Below are positions 31,316 through 44,140 of a stretch of 64,000 nucleotides of DNA, in pieces. This DNA is from an uncultured delta proteobacterium (GTDB taxonomy: Bacteria; Myxococcota; Myxococcia; Myxococcales; Myxococcaceae). Numbering within the stretch: the stretch's first letter is position 1; every line of letters starts with the position of its first letter. The translations under genes and the position numbers were made by a program. The stretch spans positions 145,167 to 209,166 of the forward strand of contig CAVYSY010000050.1 in the NCBI GenBank assembly GCA_963771175.1. Direction: 5' to 3'. The notes beneath the pieces are model-generated. The model searched no databases. It saw nothing but the letters and a program-made list of their open reading frames with translations, and was not told the DNA's origin.

Positions 31316-33593
31316 ATGGACACCGAGTCCCTCAAGAGATCCCTCCTGGCGAAGTTCCAGGAGGTCAGCGCAGACCGTCTCCAGAAGATCCAGTTGGGCG
31401 TTCTCGATTTGGAGAAGCCCACCGCGGATCAGGCGGCGGACGAGGTCGCGCGCGAGCTGCACACGATGAAGGGAGAGGCCCGCATGCTGGGCCTGGCCGC
31501 TATCGGTCAGGTCGCGCACGCGGCCGAGGACGTGCTGCGCGCCGAGCGCGACGGGAGGGCCGCCACCGAGGTGGCCACGGACCTCCTGTTGCGCTCGTGC
31601 GACATCATCTCCGACCTCCTCGAGGACATCGAGGGTGCCCAGGGTGGCACCCCGGCCTCGCAGGAGATGGTCGAGGCGCTCTCAGCGGCCTCCGGCCATC
31701 CGATCCCGCCCATCGGCGGCGTGAAGGCGTCCTCGCAGCCGGCCGTCCCCGCGGTGCCGCCCCCGGCACCCGTGGTGATGGAGGTGGTCGCCGAGGCCGC
31801 GGAGCCCGTCTACACGCCTCCACCGGCGGCGCCACCCTCCCGGCCCGCGCCCAAGGCCGAGCACCACGAGGAGCCGCACACCACCAAGGCGCTCGCCGAC
31901 CGCAGCATCCGCGTGAACGTCGAGGTGCTCGATTCGCTCGGCCTGCTCGCGGGAGATCTGCTGGTGGAGAGCGCGCGCGGACGCCTGCGCGCCTCCGAGG
32001 TCGAGGCCCTGCTCAACCGCTTCTCGCGCCTGGGCGACCGCTTCCTCAAGCTGGCCGACCTGCTGCAGGTCCCCAACTCGCTGCGCAACGAGGTGGAGCG
32101 CATCGAGAGCGACCTGCACATGCTCCGCGATGACGCCTTCCGCTTCGCGCGCCGCAACGGGGACGGCATCGAGACGCTGCACGGCAACCTGGCGATGATG
32201 GCGGACCACGTGGCCGAGGCGCGCCTCGTGCCGCTGTCCACCGTCTTCGACGCCTTCCCGCGCGCCGTGCGCGACATCGCTCGCGCCCAGGCCAAGGAGG
32301 TGGACCTCGTCATCGAGAACGCCGACCTCGGCGTGGATCGCTCGATGCTGGCCGACGTGCGCGATGCCCTGGTGCACCTGCTGCGCAACGCGGTGGACCA
32401 CGGCCTGGAGTCGCCCGACGAGCGCAGCATGCTCGGCAAGCCCTCCGCGGGCCGTCTGCTCATCCGCGTTCGCGCCGACGGCGACATGCTCAGCATCGAG
32501 GTCGTCGACGACGGCCGCGGCATGGACCCGCAGCGGCTGCGCGAGGTGGCCGTGCGCAAGCGCCTGCTGACGGATCAGCAGGCCGCCGCACTCTCGGAGC
32601 GCGAGGCCATCGAGCTCGTCTTCCGGGCGGGCTTCTCCACCCGCGAGGAGATCACCGACATCTCCGGCCGCGGCGTGGGCATGGACGTGGTGAAGAAGAA
32701 GGTGGAGTCGCTGGGCGGCTCGGTGGGCATCGTCAGCCGCCAGGGGCGTGGCACCTCCATCACCCTGCGCCTGCCGCAGTCGCTGGCGCTCATGAAGGTG
32801 CTGCTGGTGCGCCTGGGCGACGACGTCTACGGCATGCCCGCCGCCGACGTGGTGGCGGTGATGCGCGTGAAGCCGGAGGACCGGATGGAGGTCTTCGGCA
32901 CCCTGGCGGTGAAGCACCGGGGCAAGCCCACCGCGCTGGTGGGGCTGGGGCCGCTGCTGGGCGTCAACGGCGGCAACCGCTTCGACAAGCCACCCGCGGT
33001 GGTGGTGCGCCACGGCGATGATCGTGGCGGCGCTGGTGGTGGACGGCTTCGTGGACGAGCGCGAGGTGGCGGTGAAGCCCTGCGGCGGCGAGTTCCTCAA
33101 GGGCGCCGCCTTCATCGCCGGTACCGCCGCGCTGGAGGACGGCCGCATCGCCGTGCTCCTGCACGTGCCGGACATCATGACCGAGGTGCGCCGCATGGCG
33201 CGGCCCGTCACCCAGTCCCAGGCCACCAAGCGCCTGCGGGTGCTGCTGGTGGACGACTCGCCCATCGCGCGCGCCACCGAGTCCGCGCTCGTCAAGGCGC
33301 TGGGGCACACCGTGGACGAGGCCCAGGACGGCGAGGAGGGCTTCGAGAAGGCCCAGTCCCAGGCGTACGATCTCATCCTCACGGACGTGCAGATGCCCCG
33401 GCTGGACGGCTTCTCGTTCACGCGGCGACTCAAGTCCACCGCGGGGCTGGCGCGCATTCCGGTCATCGTCCTCTCCTCGCTCGCGTCGCCGGAGGACAGA
33501 CGGCGCGGGGCCGAGGCGGGCGCGGATGCGTACCTCGTCAAGGGCGAACTGGGCGTCGAGAGCCTGGCTCAGACCATCGATCGTCTGACCTGA
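31316..33593 (+). CDS. frzE: FrzE, CheA-CheY hybrid kinase (frameshift near 33020)
   Basis: ELHTMKGEA Hpt, LVHLLRNAVDHG, DDGRG, GFST, SGRGVGMDVV, CheW domain, then the receiver RVLLVDD..LILTDVQMP in the next frame. Confidence 0.93.
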
Positions 33594-33612
33594 GGTACTG
33601 GAAGGGGGTCGC

Positions 33613-34623
33613 TTGGACGTAGGTGCGTCCGCATATCGCGTGTTGCTCGTGGGCGAGGCCCTCAAGGGGGCCTTGCGCGGGTTGTTCGACGGGATCGTGC
33701 TCGCTCCCGCCGGCGACGTCTGCGAGTTCTCCAACGCCTTGGAGCACGTGCGGCGCCTCCACCCGGACGTGGTGGTGGTGGACCTGTCCGGACCCGAGGC
33801 GCTCAAGGCCATCGAGCGCGTGATGGCGGAGCGGCCCGTGCCCGTGGTGGCGCTCCACCCGGGAGTGCTCTCGGGCGCGGACGCCTTCCAGGCACTGGCG
33901 GTGGGCGCCGTGGAGGTGGTGGAGCGCCCCGCCGAGCCCGGCAGCGACTACTGGCAGACGGTGAGCCGCAAGTTGATGCTGCTCGCCGAGGTGCGCGTGA
34001 CGCGCCCCGTGCAGGCCCAGAAGCCCCGCAACGTGCGCCCCCCGGCCACCGACGCGCCGTATCCGCTGTTGGCCATCGCCTCGTCGCTGGGTGGGCCCAA
34101 GGCACTCTCCGTGGTGCTGCGGATGTTGCCCAGGAACTTCCCCGCGCCCGTGTGCATCTGCCAGCACATCAGCAATGGCTTCACCGAGGGGTTGGCCCAG
34201 TGGCTTGGCTCCGAGACGCCGCTGCGCGTGGTGGAAGCCAACGACGGTGAGGAGATGGCCCCCGGGAGCGTCTACATCGCGCGCTCGGGCTCGCACCTGG
34301 TGGTGCGCCCGAAGGGCCAGTTGGTGTTGGATCCGAGCCCGCCGGTGCGTGGTTTCCGACCCTCGTGCGACGTGCTGCTGACATCGGCGGCGGAGGTCTT
34401 CGGGACTCGTACCCTGGGCGTCATCCTCACCGGCATGGGCCGGGACGGAGCCCGAGGGCTGAAGGAAATTCGTGAGCGCGGTGGTCGCACCATCGCGCAG
34501 GATCGGGCGACTTGCGCCGTGTACGGCATGCCGAAGGAAGCCGTGCGCATCGGCGCCGCCGAAGAGGTGCTGCCTCTCGAGCAGATCGCACCGACCCTCG
34601 TCCAATGGGTGGAGACATGCTGA
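33613..34623 (+). CDS. frzG: FrzG, CheB-type methylesterase
   Basis: [37 protein letters not shown]. Confidence 0.92.
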   Translation: MDVGASAYRVLLVGEALKGALRGLFDGIVLAPAGDVCEFSNALEHVRRLHPDVVVVDLSGPEALKAIERVMAERPVPVVALHPGVLSGADAFQALAVGAVEVVERPAEPGSDYWQTVSRKLMLLAEVRVTRPVQAQKPRNVRPPATDAPYPLLAIASSLGGPKALSVVLRMLPRNFPAPVCICQHISNGFTEGLAQWLGSETPLRVVEANDGEEMAPGSVYIARSGSHLVVRPKGQLVLDPSPPVRGFRPSCDVLLTSAAEVFGTRTLGVILTGMGRDGARGLKEIRERGGRTIAQDRATCAVYGMPKEAVRIGAAEEVLPLEQIAPTLVQWVETC

Positions 34624-36326
34624 CAGTGACCTCAAGGGCCCTGCAGCAACTGGCCGCCCTCCTGCTGGAGCGGGCGGGGCTGAAGATCACCCCGGATGGC
34701 TACCACAGCCTCCGGCTCGCGCTGTCCACGCGCATGCCCGTGGTGGGCCTCAAGGACTCCGAGGAGTACGTGCGGCGCCTCCGTGCGCCGTCCTCGGAGG
34801 ACGAGCTGCGCGCGCTGCTGCCGCTCGTCACCGTGGGGCACACGGAGTTCTTCCGAGATCCCAAGCAGTTCCGGGCGCTGGAGAGCCGCATCCTCCCGGA
34901 GGCGCTGTGGCGGGCGCGGCGGGAGAACCGCCGGGTGTCCATCTGGTCCGCGGGGTGCGCCACCGGCGAGGAGCCCTACAGCCTCGCCATGGTGCTGGCG
35001 GAGCAGGGCGCGCTCCCCATCGAGGTGGACCTGTGGGCCACCGATCTGAACCTCGCCGCGGTGGAGGCCGCGAAGCAGGGGCGCTTCTCGTCGCGGCGCG
35101 TCGCCGGCATGCCCGCCGAGCGCCGGGTGCGCTTCTTCCGGCCGGTGGACGAGGGCTACGAGATCGTCTCCTCGTTGAAGGACTATGTCCGCTTCGACGG
35201 GCAGAACCTCGCCGTGCCCGTCTTCGAGAAGGTCAAGCCGGAGTCGTTGGATCTCATCCTCTGCCGCAACGTCATCATCTACTTCGACCTGCCCACCATC
35301 CGCGCGCTGATGGATCGCTTCCTCACGGCGCTGCGACCCGGGGCCCTACTGCTGCTGGGCTACTCGGAGAGCCTCTTCAAGGTCTACGACCGCTTCGAGA
35401 TGGTGGAGGTGGAGGGCTCGTTCGTCTACCGGCGGCCCGAGAAGCCGCTGCCGGTGCGTGCTCCCGGTTCCGGCCCGAGGCCGATGACGATCGGCGCGCT
35501 GCCGCCCACGGGAAGTCGGCCGTCCGTGTCCTCGGGCGGGGCGCAGCCTCGGGAGACGGTCTCGACCCTGGCGCTGCCTCCAAACTCGAGCCTCACGACA
35601 CTGCCAGCTACCCGGGCCCTGCAGAAGACGCTCGATGCGTCGTCGCGCAGGACGGTGGAACTGCCCGCGGTGGGAGCGCCCAAGGCGTCCGAGGGTCCCT
35701 CGGGAGTGAATGGCGCCACCGCCGAGCCGCCCCGGAAGTCGCTCGAGCTGTCCCCCGTGGGGGGCGAGCCTCCGCGCACGCGCACGGGCGAGCTGCCCGC
35801 GTGGTCGCTGATGCTGGCGCCGGGGGAGCGGTTGAACGCGGCCGTGCGGATGATTGAACGCGGGGACTTCGTGTCCGCGGTGGTCACGGTGGAGCAGCTC
35901 CTGGTGGACGAGCCGAACCACCTGGACGCGCTGCTCACCCTGGGCAACCTCTACTCGCTGACGGGCCGCGTGGTGGACGCGCGCGAGTCCTTCTCGCAGG
36001 CCATCAACCGCGAGCCGCTGTGCGTGGAGGCGCGGGTCTTCGGAGGGCTGGCGGCGCTGCAGGCCGGAGAGCTCGCCGAGGCGCGCGGGGAGCTGGGCAA
36101 GGCGCTCTTCCTGGAGCCCACGCTGGCCATCGGGCACTACCTGCTGGCGCAGGTCCACGAGCGGCTGAAGGATCACGAGGCGGCGCGGCGCAGCTACCGC
36201 AATGCCATCTCGCAGCTTCGCTTCCCCCAGCGCCAGCTCGCCGGCCACTACCCGGAGCTGCCGGACTCGGCCGAGGCCATCACCCGCGCGGCGCGCTATG
36301 CGCTCGCCGCACTGGAAGAGGCCTGA
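34617..36326 (+). CDS. frzF: FrzF, CheR methyltransferase with TPR repeats
   Basis: [37 protein letters not shown]-terminal TPRs; ATG at 34617 overlaps the frzG stop. Confidence 0.93.
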   Translation: MLTVTSRALQQLAALLLERAGLKITPDGYHSLRLALSTRMPVVGLKDSEEYVRRLRAPSSEDELRALLPLVTVGHTEFFRDPKQFRALESRILPEALWRARRENRRVSIWSAGCATGEEPYSLAMVLAEQGALPIEVDLWATDLNLAAVEAAKQGRFSSRRVAGMPAERRVRFFRPVDEGYEIVSSLKDYVRFDGQNLAVPVFEKVKPESLDLILCRNVIIYFDLPTIRALMDRFLTALRPGALLLLGYSESLFKVYDRFEMVEVEGSFVYRRPEKPLPVRAPGSGPRPMTIGALPPTGSRPSVSSGGAQPRETVSTLALPPNSSLTTLPATRALQKTLDASSRRTVELPAVGAPKASEGPSGVNGATAEPPRKSLELSPVGGEPPRTRTGELPAWSLMLAPGERLNAAVRMIERGDFVSAVVTVEQLLVDEPNHLDALLTLGNLYSLTGRVVDARESFSQAINREPLCVEARVFGGLAALQAGELAEARGELGKALFLEPTLAIGHYLLAQVHERLKDHEAARRSYRNAISQLRFPQRQLAGHYPELPDSAEAITRAARYALAALEEA

Positions 36327-36333
36327 GTCCGAA

Positions 36334-36378
36334 GTGAGCGAACGGGTCCGAGGGTCGGACCCGTTGCCCGGCGCTCAC
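36334..36378. terminator. Hairpin between convergent frzF and PHA-system genes
   Basis: aacgggtccga-ggg-tcggacccgtt perfect 11-bp stem, extended by gtgagcg/cgctcac. Confidence 0.65.
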
Positions 36379-36380
36379 CG

Positions 36381-36701
36381 TCAGGCGAGGCCCTTGTTGA
36401 CGTCATCGACGCTCTTGCTGGGGTCGAGCACGGTGCTGAACTTCTTCTGCAGGTAGGACTTGGCCTGGCCGCGCAGCAGCATGCCGGGGTCGGTGCCCTC
36501 GCCCTGGATGGCGCCCTCGGTGATGGTGAAGCTGGCATCGAGGTTGATGCCCATCACCTTGCCGATCACCTTGGCTCCGTCGCCGACCCAGTCCGCCTTC
36601 ACGCCGTACTTCTCGGTCCAGTACTTGAGAAGCTGCTCGACGCGCTTCCTGGCCTCGTCCTTCGAGAGGGTGTGGGGGACCTCGAACTTCATCGTGCCCA
36701 T
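36381..36701 (-). CDS. Polyhydroxyalkanoate-system (PHA_gran_rgn-like) small protein
   Basis: MKFEVPHTLSKDEARKRVEQL..WTEKYGVKADW.GD pattern. Confidence 0.75.
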   Translation of the reverse strand: MGTMKFEVPHTLSKDEARKRVEQLLKYWTEKYGVKADWVGDGAKVIGKVMGINLDASFTITEGAIQGEGTDPGMLLRGQAKSYLQKKFSTVLDPSKSVDDVNKGLA

Positions 36702-36866
36702 GTGGAGCTCCTGGGGTTCGTGATGCTCCCGCCCGGGTCTAGTGACGCCCGGACGGAAAGGGAACACAGGTCTCTCCGCCGAGCGCATGGAAGTCAACAG
36801 TGATGTCACGGTGCTGGCGCTTCGTGGACCGGTGAGATTCCCAATGCGCCGGGCGCGGGTTGATGT

Positions 36867-37928
36867 TTGATGCTGCCCGTGTTCGGACAAGGAGTCGTTC
36901 GAGTGTCCTCGCTGACCCGTTGGCTGTCCCTTGCCGTAGTCCTTCTCCTCGCCGTGCCGGGTGTCGCCCGGGCGCAGATCTACGGCTCCGATGCGCCGGT
37001 ACAGGCGTCGAATCCGTCCTCGCTCGAGCCGCGGGCGTCGCCCACCCAGCAGGGCCAGCTTCCGCCCGCCGCCACCCAGAGCGCCCCTCTCGAGGCCAAC
37101 GGGGTGATGCTCGATGGGCAGGTGCGCTACGGCGCGTTCCTCTCCGGGCCCGGCAGCCTCACCTTCGTGCTGCACCACTCCATCATGGGCGCCATGGGGG
37201 GCTTCTTCACCCAGGGCTTCGCCAATGGCTTCAGCTTCGAGCGCAGCTCCCGCGAGGCCATGCTGGCGGGCACGCTCCTCGGCGCGGGGCTCGGCTTTGG
37301 CTCGTCGGCGTGGTGGCAGTTCTACAACTGGGTCGACAAGCCGATGGGCTACTTCGGCATCGCCAACTCCGTCGTCGGCGGCATGTTCCTCGGCGGTTTC
37401 ATGGACCTGCTCTCGCGCGACCCGAGCCTGCTGACGTGGTCCGCCTTCATCGGCGCCGAGCTGGGCGCGTGGCTCACCGCGACGATTGGCGGCGGGCAGC
37501 TTCCTCTCGATGACGGTCTGCTGGTGGCATCGGGCAGTGGGTGGGGGCTCGCCTACGGTGCGCTGCTGCTGGCCATCATCCACTTCTCCGGGACGAAGAT
37601 CTCCGGGCAGACCTGGACGGACGCGCTGCTCATGGCGCCCGGCATCGGTGCGACGGCGCTCGCGCTGGCCACGATGAAGTACGACCCGACTCCCTCCCAG
37701 ATACTCCGGGCGGATGCGTTCGGTGCGGGCGTGGGGGCCCTGGTGCTGGTGCTCTCCGCGCTGGTGCTTGGGGGCTTCGATCAGCCCACGCCATACGTGC
37801 TGTCCTTCCTCGCCTCGGCCGGCGCCATCACCACCGTGAGCCTTCTCTGGGAGGAGGCCGCCGAGCGTCCGCCAGCGGCCATGAATGGCGCGGTTCGCTC
37901 CAAGGCCTATCGCAACGACTGGTGGTAG
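36867..37928 (+). CDS. Hypothetical Gly-rich polytopic membrane protein
   Basis: Signal-like N-terminus and several Gly-rich hydrophobic helices. Confidence 0.7.
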   Translation: MMLPVFGQGVVRVSSLTRWLSLAVVLLLAVPGVARAQIYGSDAPVQASNPSSLEPRASPTQQGQLPPAATQSAPLEANGVMLDGQVRYGAFLSGPGSLTFVLHHSIMGAMGGFFTQGFANGFSFERSSREAMLAGTLLGAGLGFGSSAWWQFYNWVDKPMGYFGIANSVVGGMFLGGFMDLLSRDPSLLTWSAFIGAELGAWLTATIGGGQLPLDDGLLVASGSGWGLAYGALLLAIIHFSGTKISGQTWTDALLMAPGIGATALALATMKYDPTPSQILRADAFGAGVGALVLVLSALVLGGFDQPTPYVLSFLASAGAITTVSLLWEEAAERPPAAMNGAVRSKAYRNDWW

Positions 37929-37994
37929 CTCGCCCGTTGCCCTGTCGAGGGTGCATGGTGGCGGGAGAGAGCGCGCATCCACACTGTTGGTTAT

Positions 37995-39140
37995 ATGGCG
38001 CGTGTCCTACCCTTTTCCGCACTGCTACCGTCGCTCGAATCGCACCTGTCGGCCGATGATGGGGGCTGTCCTTTCAACGCGCCCCCCCGGTCCTCGTTCA
38101 TCCGACCGCTGCTCGATCGGGTGGATCCGACCGCGGAGCTCGGACGGCTGAGAGACGCGGGCTCCGTGCTCCGTGACACCCGCCCGGCCCTGTACCTGGC
38201 GGAGGTGTATAGCTCCGCAGGGCGGCTTGGCGGCCCCCCGGTCCGCTTCCTCCTGTGCGCGCTCTCCCCGGACGCCGCCGAGCCGCTGGAGATCGAGCCG
38301 TACCGGCCGCGCTCGGCGCAGGTGGAGCCGACCGTCGTCCTGGCGGCGGACGACCATGGGGTGCTCCGAGGACTCCTGGCGGAGGCGGCCGAGCGCAGCA
38401 TCGCCGTGTGGCAGGGCACCTTCGAGGACGCGCCGGTGTCGCTGTGGCGCATCGAGCCCTCGCCGGTGGCCCGGCGCATCCAGGCGGTGCTCGACGAGGC
38501 GCCCCTGCGTCCCCTGGCCGAGCTGGATGAGCGGCGGCCCAGTCTGGCGGCGATCGTGCCCCTGTCGGATCCGGGGCTGCACTTCGAGCCGGTGCACCGC
38601 GCCATCCGAGGGCTGGACACCTTCGACGAGGGCACCTTCCTCTCGCTCGTGACGGCGTACGCGCGAGTCTATGAATTGGAGGAGCCGCTCACGTCGCCTC
38701 GGGGCGTGGCCATGGCGAACGAGCGGCTGGCCACGCTGGTGCGGGGGCACCACGCGGTGCTGCTGGTGCTGCCCGGGGGGCGGGGGAAGATCCTCCGCTT
38801 CCGGCAGGGGTTGGACCTGGCGCACCTGAAGGGAGCACCGCGCAGCCCGACGCTGCGCAGCCTGGATCTCGCGCTGCTGAACTCGCTGGTGTTGCGCACG
38901 GTGCTGGGCATCAAGGATCCCGAGGAGGCGGGACATCCGCAGGTGTTCGCGGTGCAGGGGACGGAGTCGCTGGTGCGAGGCGTCCAGGCGGGGATGTTCC
39001 AGGTGGGCTTCGCGCTCAACCCGCCGCCGCTCTGGGAGGTGCGCGCGGTGATGGAGGCGGCGCAGACGTTGCCGCCCAAGACGCTGCGCGTGGAGCCCGC
39101 GCCACCGGCGGGCCTGCTGTTCCTGGATCCGGAGCTATAA
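37995..39140 (+). CDS. DUF1015-like protein
   Basis: MARVLPF, DTRPALY, DPGLHFEPVHR, LDLALL, GFALNPP..EV..V....TLPPK....P.P..GLLF. Confidence 0.7.
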   Translation: MARVLPFSALLPSLESHLSADDGGCPFNAPPRSSFIRPLLDRVDPTAELGRLRDAGSVLRDTRPALYLAEVYSSAGRLGGPPVRFLLCALSPDAAEPLEIEPYRPRSAQVEPTVVLAADDHGVLRGLLAEAAERSIAVWQGTFEDAPVSLWRIEPSPVARRIQAVLDEAPLRPLAELDERRPSLAAIVPLSDPGLHFEPVHRAIRGLDTFDEGTFLSLVTAYARVYELEEPLTSPRGVAMANERLATLVRGHHAVLLVLPGGRGKILRFRQGLDLAHLKGAPRSPTLRSLDLALLNSLVLRTVLGIKDPEEAGHPQVFAVQGTESLVRGVQAGMFQVGFALNPPPLWEVRAVMEAAQTLPPKTLRVEPAPPAGLLFLDPEL

Positions 39141-39167
39141 GGAAGCCGGGTGGGGGAGGGGAGCGCG

Positions 39168-40298
39168 TCACGGAGCGGGGCTGGCCTCCTGCTGCTTCGG
39201 CTCCTGGGGGTCCTGCTGCTCGCGGCAGAACGAGAAATGCTCCTTGATGACGTCGAGCGGCACCGCCAGCTCCAGCTTGAACTCGTTGCCGTCCGGCCGC
39301 ACCTTCGCGAAGTCCAGGAACTGCGCCAGCTCCGTCTTTCCGTCGGCCAGCGCCTTCATCCGAGCCAGCGACAGCGCGCCCCCGAGCGACTTGCCCAGGT
39401 CCGTCATCTTCGCCTCGTCCGCGCCCCGCACCTGCGCCGTCATCGCGAAGTCCGAGCGAGTGTCCACGTGCAGCTCCACGTTCTCCGCCACCTCGGCCAG
39501 CCGCGTCGCCAGCTCCTGCTGATCCGGCGGGAACATCTTCTTGAGCTGCTCCACCGACACCACCCCATACATCTCGCCGTACGTGCTGCCCTCGGAGATG
39601 ACCGGAGGCTCGTTGGGCCCGCGACCCTCCACCCGATCGATGACCTCCTTCACCCCGTCCGGCGACCTGCCGAAGATCAGCATCTGGTCGTTCCACAGGC
39701 CCACCGGCGACGCGGTCCGCTGCGCTACGCCACCGTCCGGCAGGTGGCGCTCGAACGTGGGCTCGAAGAGGCGCGCCCCATCTCCGTAGTCGTAGTGCGT
39801 CGAGTCCGTCCCGGACAGCAGCTCCTTCAGTCGCTTGTCCCCGAAGTTCCCCGAGACGATGACTCCGTCGTCGGTCACCACCAGCCGGTCCAGGTCCTTC
39901 AACGGGTCCACCCCCGTCTCCTCCTTGAACCGCTCCAGCTTGTCACCACCCTGGCGCATCAGGCACTCGAGCAGCATCTCCCCGATGGGCGAGTTGCGGA
40001 TGGCATTGGCCTCGATGACCATCGCCGTCTTCCCCTTGCCCCGAGGCAGCGCAGCCAGCAACGGATCGCTCGGATGCACCGGCTTCTGCTCCGCCACCGT
40101 GCCCGCGTCCTCCACCGGCGTCACGTACGTCCGCCGGCGCTCCAGGCGCTCGCGCTCCGCCGGTCGCAACTGGTTCGGGAACGCCACCTTCTGCGGGCGA
40201 GGGAGCCTCTCCTCGCCTTGCCCGGACAGCATCAGCCACGCGGCCAGGCCGAACAGCACCACCGCGAACACCAGCCACAACCCTCGGCGCCGCTGCAT
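39168..40298 (-). CDS. Hypothetical membrane-anchored protein, co-transcribed with the ABC transporter
   Basis: MQRRRGLWLVFAVVLFGLAAWLM anchor; GVDPLKDLDRL; ATG overlaps the permease stop. Confidence 0.75.
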   Translation of the reverse strand: MQRRRGLWLVFAVVLFGLAAWLMLSGQGEERLPRPQKVAFPNQLRPAERERLERRRTYVTPVEDAGTVAEQKPVHPSDPLLAALPRGKGKTAMVIEANAIRNSPIGEMLLECLMRQGGDKLERFKEETGVDPLKDLDRLVVTDDGVIVSGNFGDKRLKELLSGTDSTHYDYGDGARLFEPTFERHLPDGGVAQRTASPVGLWNDQMLIFGRSPDGVKEVIDRVEGRGPNEPPVISEGSTYGEMYGVVSVEQLKKMFPPDQQELATRLAEVAENVELHVDTRSDFAMTAQVRGADEAKMTDLGKSLGGALSLARMKALADGKTELAQFLDFAKVRPDGNEFKLELAVPLDVIKEHFSFCREQQDPQEPKQQEASPAP

Positions 40299-41134
40299 CA
40301 GTAATCCCTCCCCTCGAACCACCAGAAGCCCACGGCCAGCACTCCCAGGCCGAACACCAGCACTCCCATCAGCAACATCGTCAGCGACTGCACGCTCAGC
40401 GGCTCCGAGGCCGCCAGCTCCATGCTCGCCTGCGCCAGCGAGGACAGCCGCGGCAGCACCAGCGTCACCGCCTTGAAGAGCTCCCGCGCCAGCCCCTCCT
40501 CGATGAACGGGGCGATCTTCGTCCGGAAGCCCGCGATGATGCCCGCCACCATCGTGATGCCGCCCAGGGCCGCGCACAGCGCCGCGCTGCGCACCAGTGT
40601 CGCCGTCGTCAACATCACCGCGTACACCGCCGCGAAGCTCACGCAGGCCAGCAGCGCGGAGATGATCGGCCCCACCGTCCAGAATCCCGTCTTCACCCCG
40701 AAGATGATCACCAGCCCCACCGAGCCGTACAGCGCCCCGCTCACCGCCAGCGTCATCACCCCCAGGAACGTGCCGGCCAGGATGTGCCAGCGCCGCAAGG
40801 GCAGGGCGAGCAGGTGCTCGATGCGGCCCGGTGACAGCAGGCTCGGCGCGAAGTCCGAGCACGCGACGATGCCGAACAGGATGCCCCCGTAGAAGACGAG
40901 GGTCGCCGCCACCATGAACACCGGCTTGAGCGCCACGTCCACCGCGCGGATGTCCAGGTTCATCACCTCGCCGAACAGCCGCGAGGCCGCCAGCGCTCCG
41001 TCCACCACTTCGATGCGCAGGCTCAGCGACAGCGTCAACAGCACGCCCGTGACGCCCAGCAGGAAGGCCAGGATGAACTTGCGCGAGGCCGCCTCTCGCA
41101 ACACGTAGCCCGCGATCCCCAGCACGCCTCTCAT
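40298..41134 (-). CDS. ABC-2 type transporter permease
   Basis: Multiple TM segments; GRIEHLLALPLRRWHILAGTFLG; C-terminal FEGRDY. Confidence 0.85.
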   Translation of the reverse strand: MRGVLGIAGYVLREAASRKFILAFLLGVTGVLLTLSLSLRIEVVDGALAASRLFGEVMNLDIRAVDVALKPVFMVAATLVFYGGILFGIVACSDFAPSLLSPGRIEHLLALPLRRWHILAGTFLGVMTLAVSGALYGSVGLVIIFGVKTGFWTVGPIISALLACVSFAAVYAVMLTTATLVRSAALCAALGGITMVAGIIAGFRTKIAPFIEEGLARELFKAVTLVLPRLSSLAQASMELAASEPLSVQSLTMLLMGVLVFGLGVLAVGFWWFEGRDY

Positions 41135-42046
41135 GCCGCCACCCCCATGGCCGAGGCCAGCACGGCCTCCAGGTCCTGCCCGTCCCGCTTGAGCTCCACC
41201 AGCAGCGCCCCCGCCGCGCGCGCCTTGTCCAGCGCCGCGTTCAGCCCCGCCGGGTCCGCCGCCTCCAGGTGGTACAGCCCCTCGGAACCCGACGCCGTGA
41301 AGCCCGCCGCCGCCAGCGCGCCCGCGTCCGTCCCCGGGGCGAAGCGCACCGCCCACCGCGCCCCGCCGCGAGACAACTCCTCCAGCCAACCCTCGCGCAG
41401 CACCTTGCCCTCCGCGAGGATCGCCACCCGGTTGCACACGCGCTCGGTCTCCGCCAGCAGGTGCGAGTTGAGGAAGAGCGTGGTGCCTCGCTGCACCTCC
41501 TCCTGGAGGATGCGCCGCACCTCCACCCGGCCCATCGGATCGATGCCATCCGTGGGCTCGTCGAGGATGAGCAGGGCGGGGTTGCCCAGCAGCGCCGCCG
41601 CGAGCCCCAGCCGCTGGCGCATGCCCTTGGAGTAGCCGCCGATGCTCTTGCCCACCGCGTCCGCGAGCCCCACGCGCTCCAGCAGGCGCAGGTTCGCGGC
41701 CGGGTCCGGCTTCTGTCCCTTGAGTCGCGCCACCGTGGCCAGGAAGGCCGGCGACAGCCACGAGCCCGGCAGGTGCAGGCGCTCGGGCAGGTAGCCGATG
41801 CGCGCACGGATGCTCGGATCCTCTGGACGAACCGCCGAGCACCCGCACCGTCCCCTCCGTGGGCTGCACGATGCCGAGGATGCTCTTGATGAACGTCGTC
41901 TTCCCCGCGCCGTTGGGGCCGATCAGCCCGAACGCACTGCCTTCCGGCACGGAGAGATCCACACCCCGTAGCGCCTCGTGGCCCTGGCGCCGGAACGGGC
42001 GCCGGTAGGTCTTACGGAGTCCGATGACTTCGATGGCTGCTGGCAC
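41131..42046 (-). CDS. ABC transporter ATP-binding protein (frameshift near 41825)
   Basis: GPNGAGKTT, YSKGMRQRLG, LILDEPT, NSHLL. Confidence 0.9.
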
Positions 42047-42287
42047 GATGGTGACTTTACGACGGAGCGGGCCCCGCGATTGCTTCGCACTCCAACCAGG
42101 CCGCCAGCCGAGCCCGCGTGGCCCGCCTGCTCGCCACGAGTGCTGCGCACCCGGGAAGCGATGTTCGCACCTTTTTTCAGGGTTTCAGGGTCTGCGGTTC
42201 TGGTGTGGCTGTGGTTTCGCACCCTTGGCGGGATCTTCTCGTGGCCTGGGCTGTGCAGAGGGCCCCAGGTAGAGGAGGCACTGATAC

Positions 42288-43528
<1,241 letters not shown>

Positions 43529-43600
43529 CGGTTGAGGCGCGGCTCCGCACGAGGGGCTTGCGTTCACCCCCCCGACTGAGGGCAAAGATCCCGATCGGCC

Positions 43601-44140
43601 ATGGCCACCAAGAAGAAGAAGCGGCCCCCCTCTAGAACGGCGGCATCCCAGCCCGCGACCCGGCGTCCCCTGCGTGCCGGCAAGCGACCGGGTGCCGCCC
43701 GTACCGCCGTCCCCGCCGCCGCCCCGCGACCGGTGGGCCCGCTCCAGTACAAGGTCGTCGAGCTGTCCACCGTGGACGAGGGGACACTCGAGCGCACCGT
43801 GAATGAATGGAGCTCAAAGGGTTGGACGCTGGACGGCGTGCAGTTCGCCATGCGCGAGTCCTCCAAGCGTCCGGCCATGGCCTTCGTCTTCTTCACCCGC
43901 GAGGGCGAGGCCGCTGCTCCCGACGTGGAGTCCGCGCGAGGCCGGCTGCGGCAGATGTCCGAGACGGGCTCGCCCACGGCCGTGCTGGTGTCCTCGCCGG
44001 ACTTTACCGGCAACGCCGCCGCCTCTTCGTACCAACGGCCCCCGGGCATGGTGAGCGCGCACGAGCGGCTCGCGCAGCTCGCGGGCCTGGACGAGCCCGA
44101 GCGCCCCGAGCGGGGCCTCATCCTGGAGCCCGAAGAGTGA
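43601..44140 (+). CDS. DUF4177-like protein with a basic N-terminal tail
   Basis: QYKVVEL....LERTVNEWSSKGW.L pattern. Confidence 0.65.
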   Translation: MATKKKKRPPSRTAASQPATRRPLRAGKRPGAARTAVPAAAPRPVGPLQYKVVELSTVDEGTLERTVNEWSSKGWTLDGVQFAMRESSKRPAMAFVFFTREGEAAAPDVESARGRLRQMSETGSPTAVLVSSPDFTGNAAASSYQRPPGMVSAHERLAQLAGLDEPERPERGLILEPEE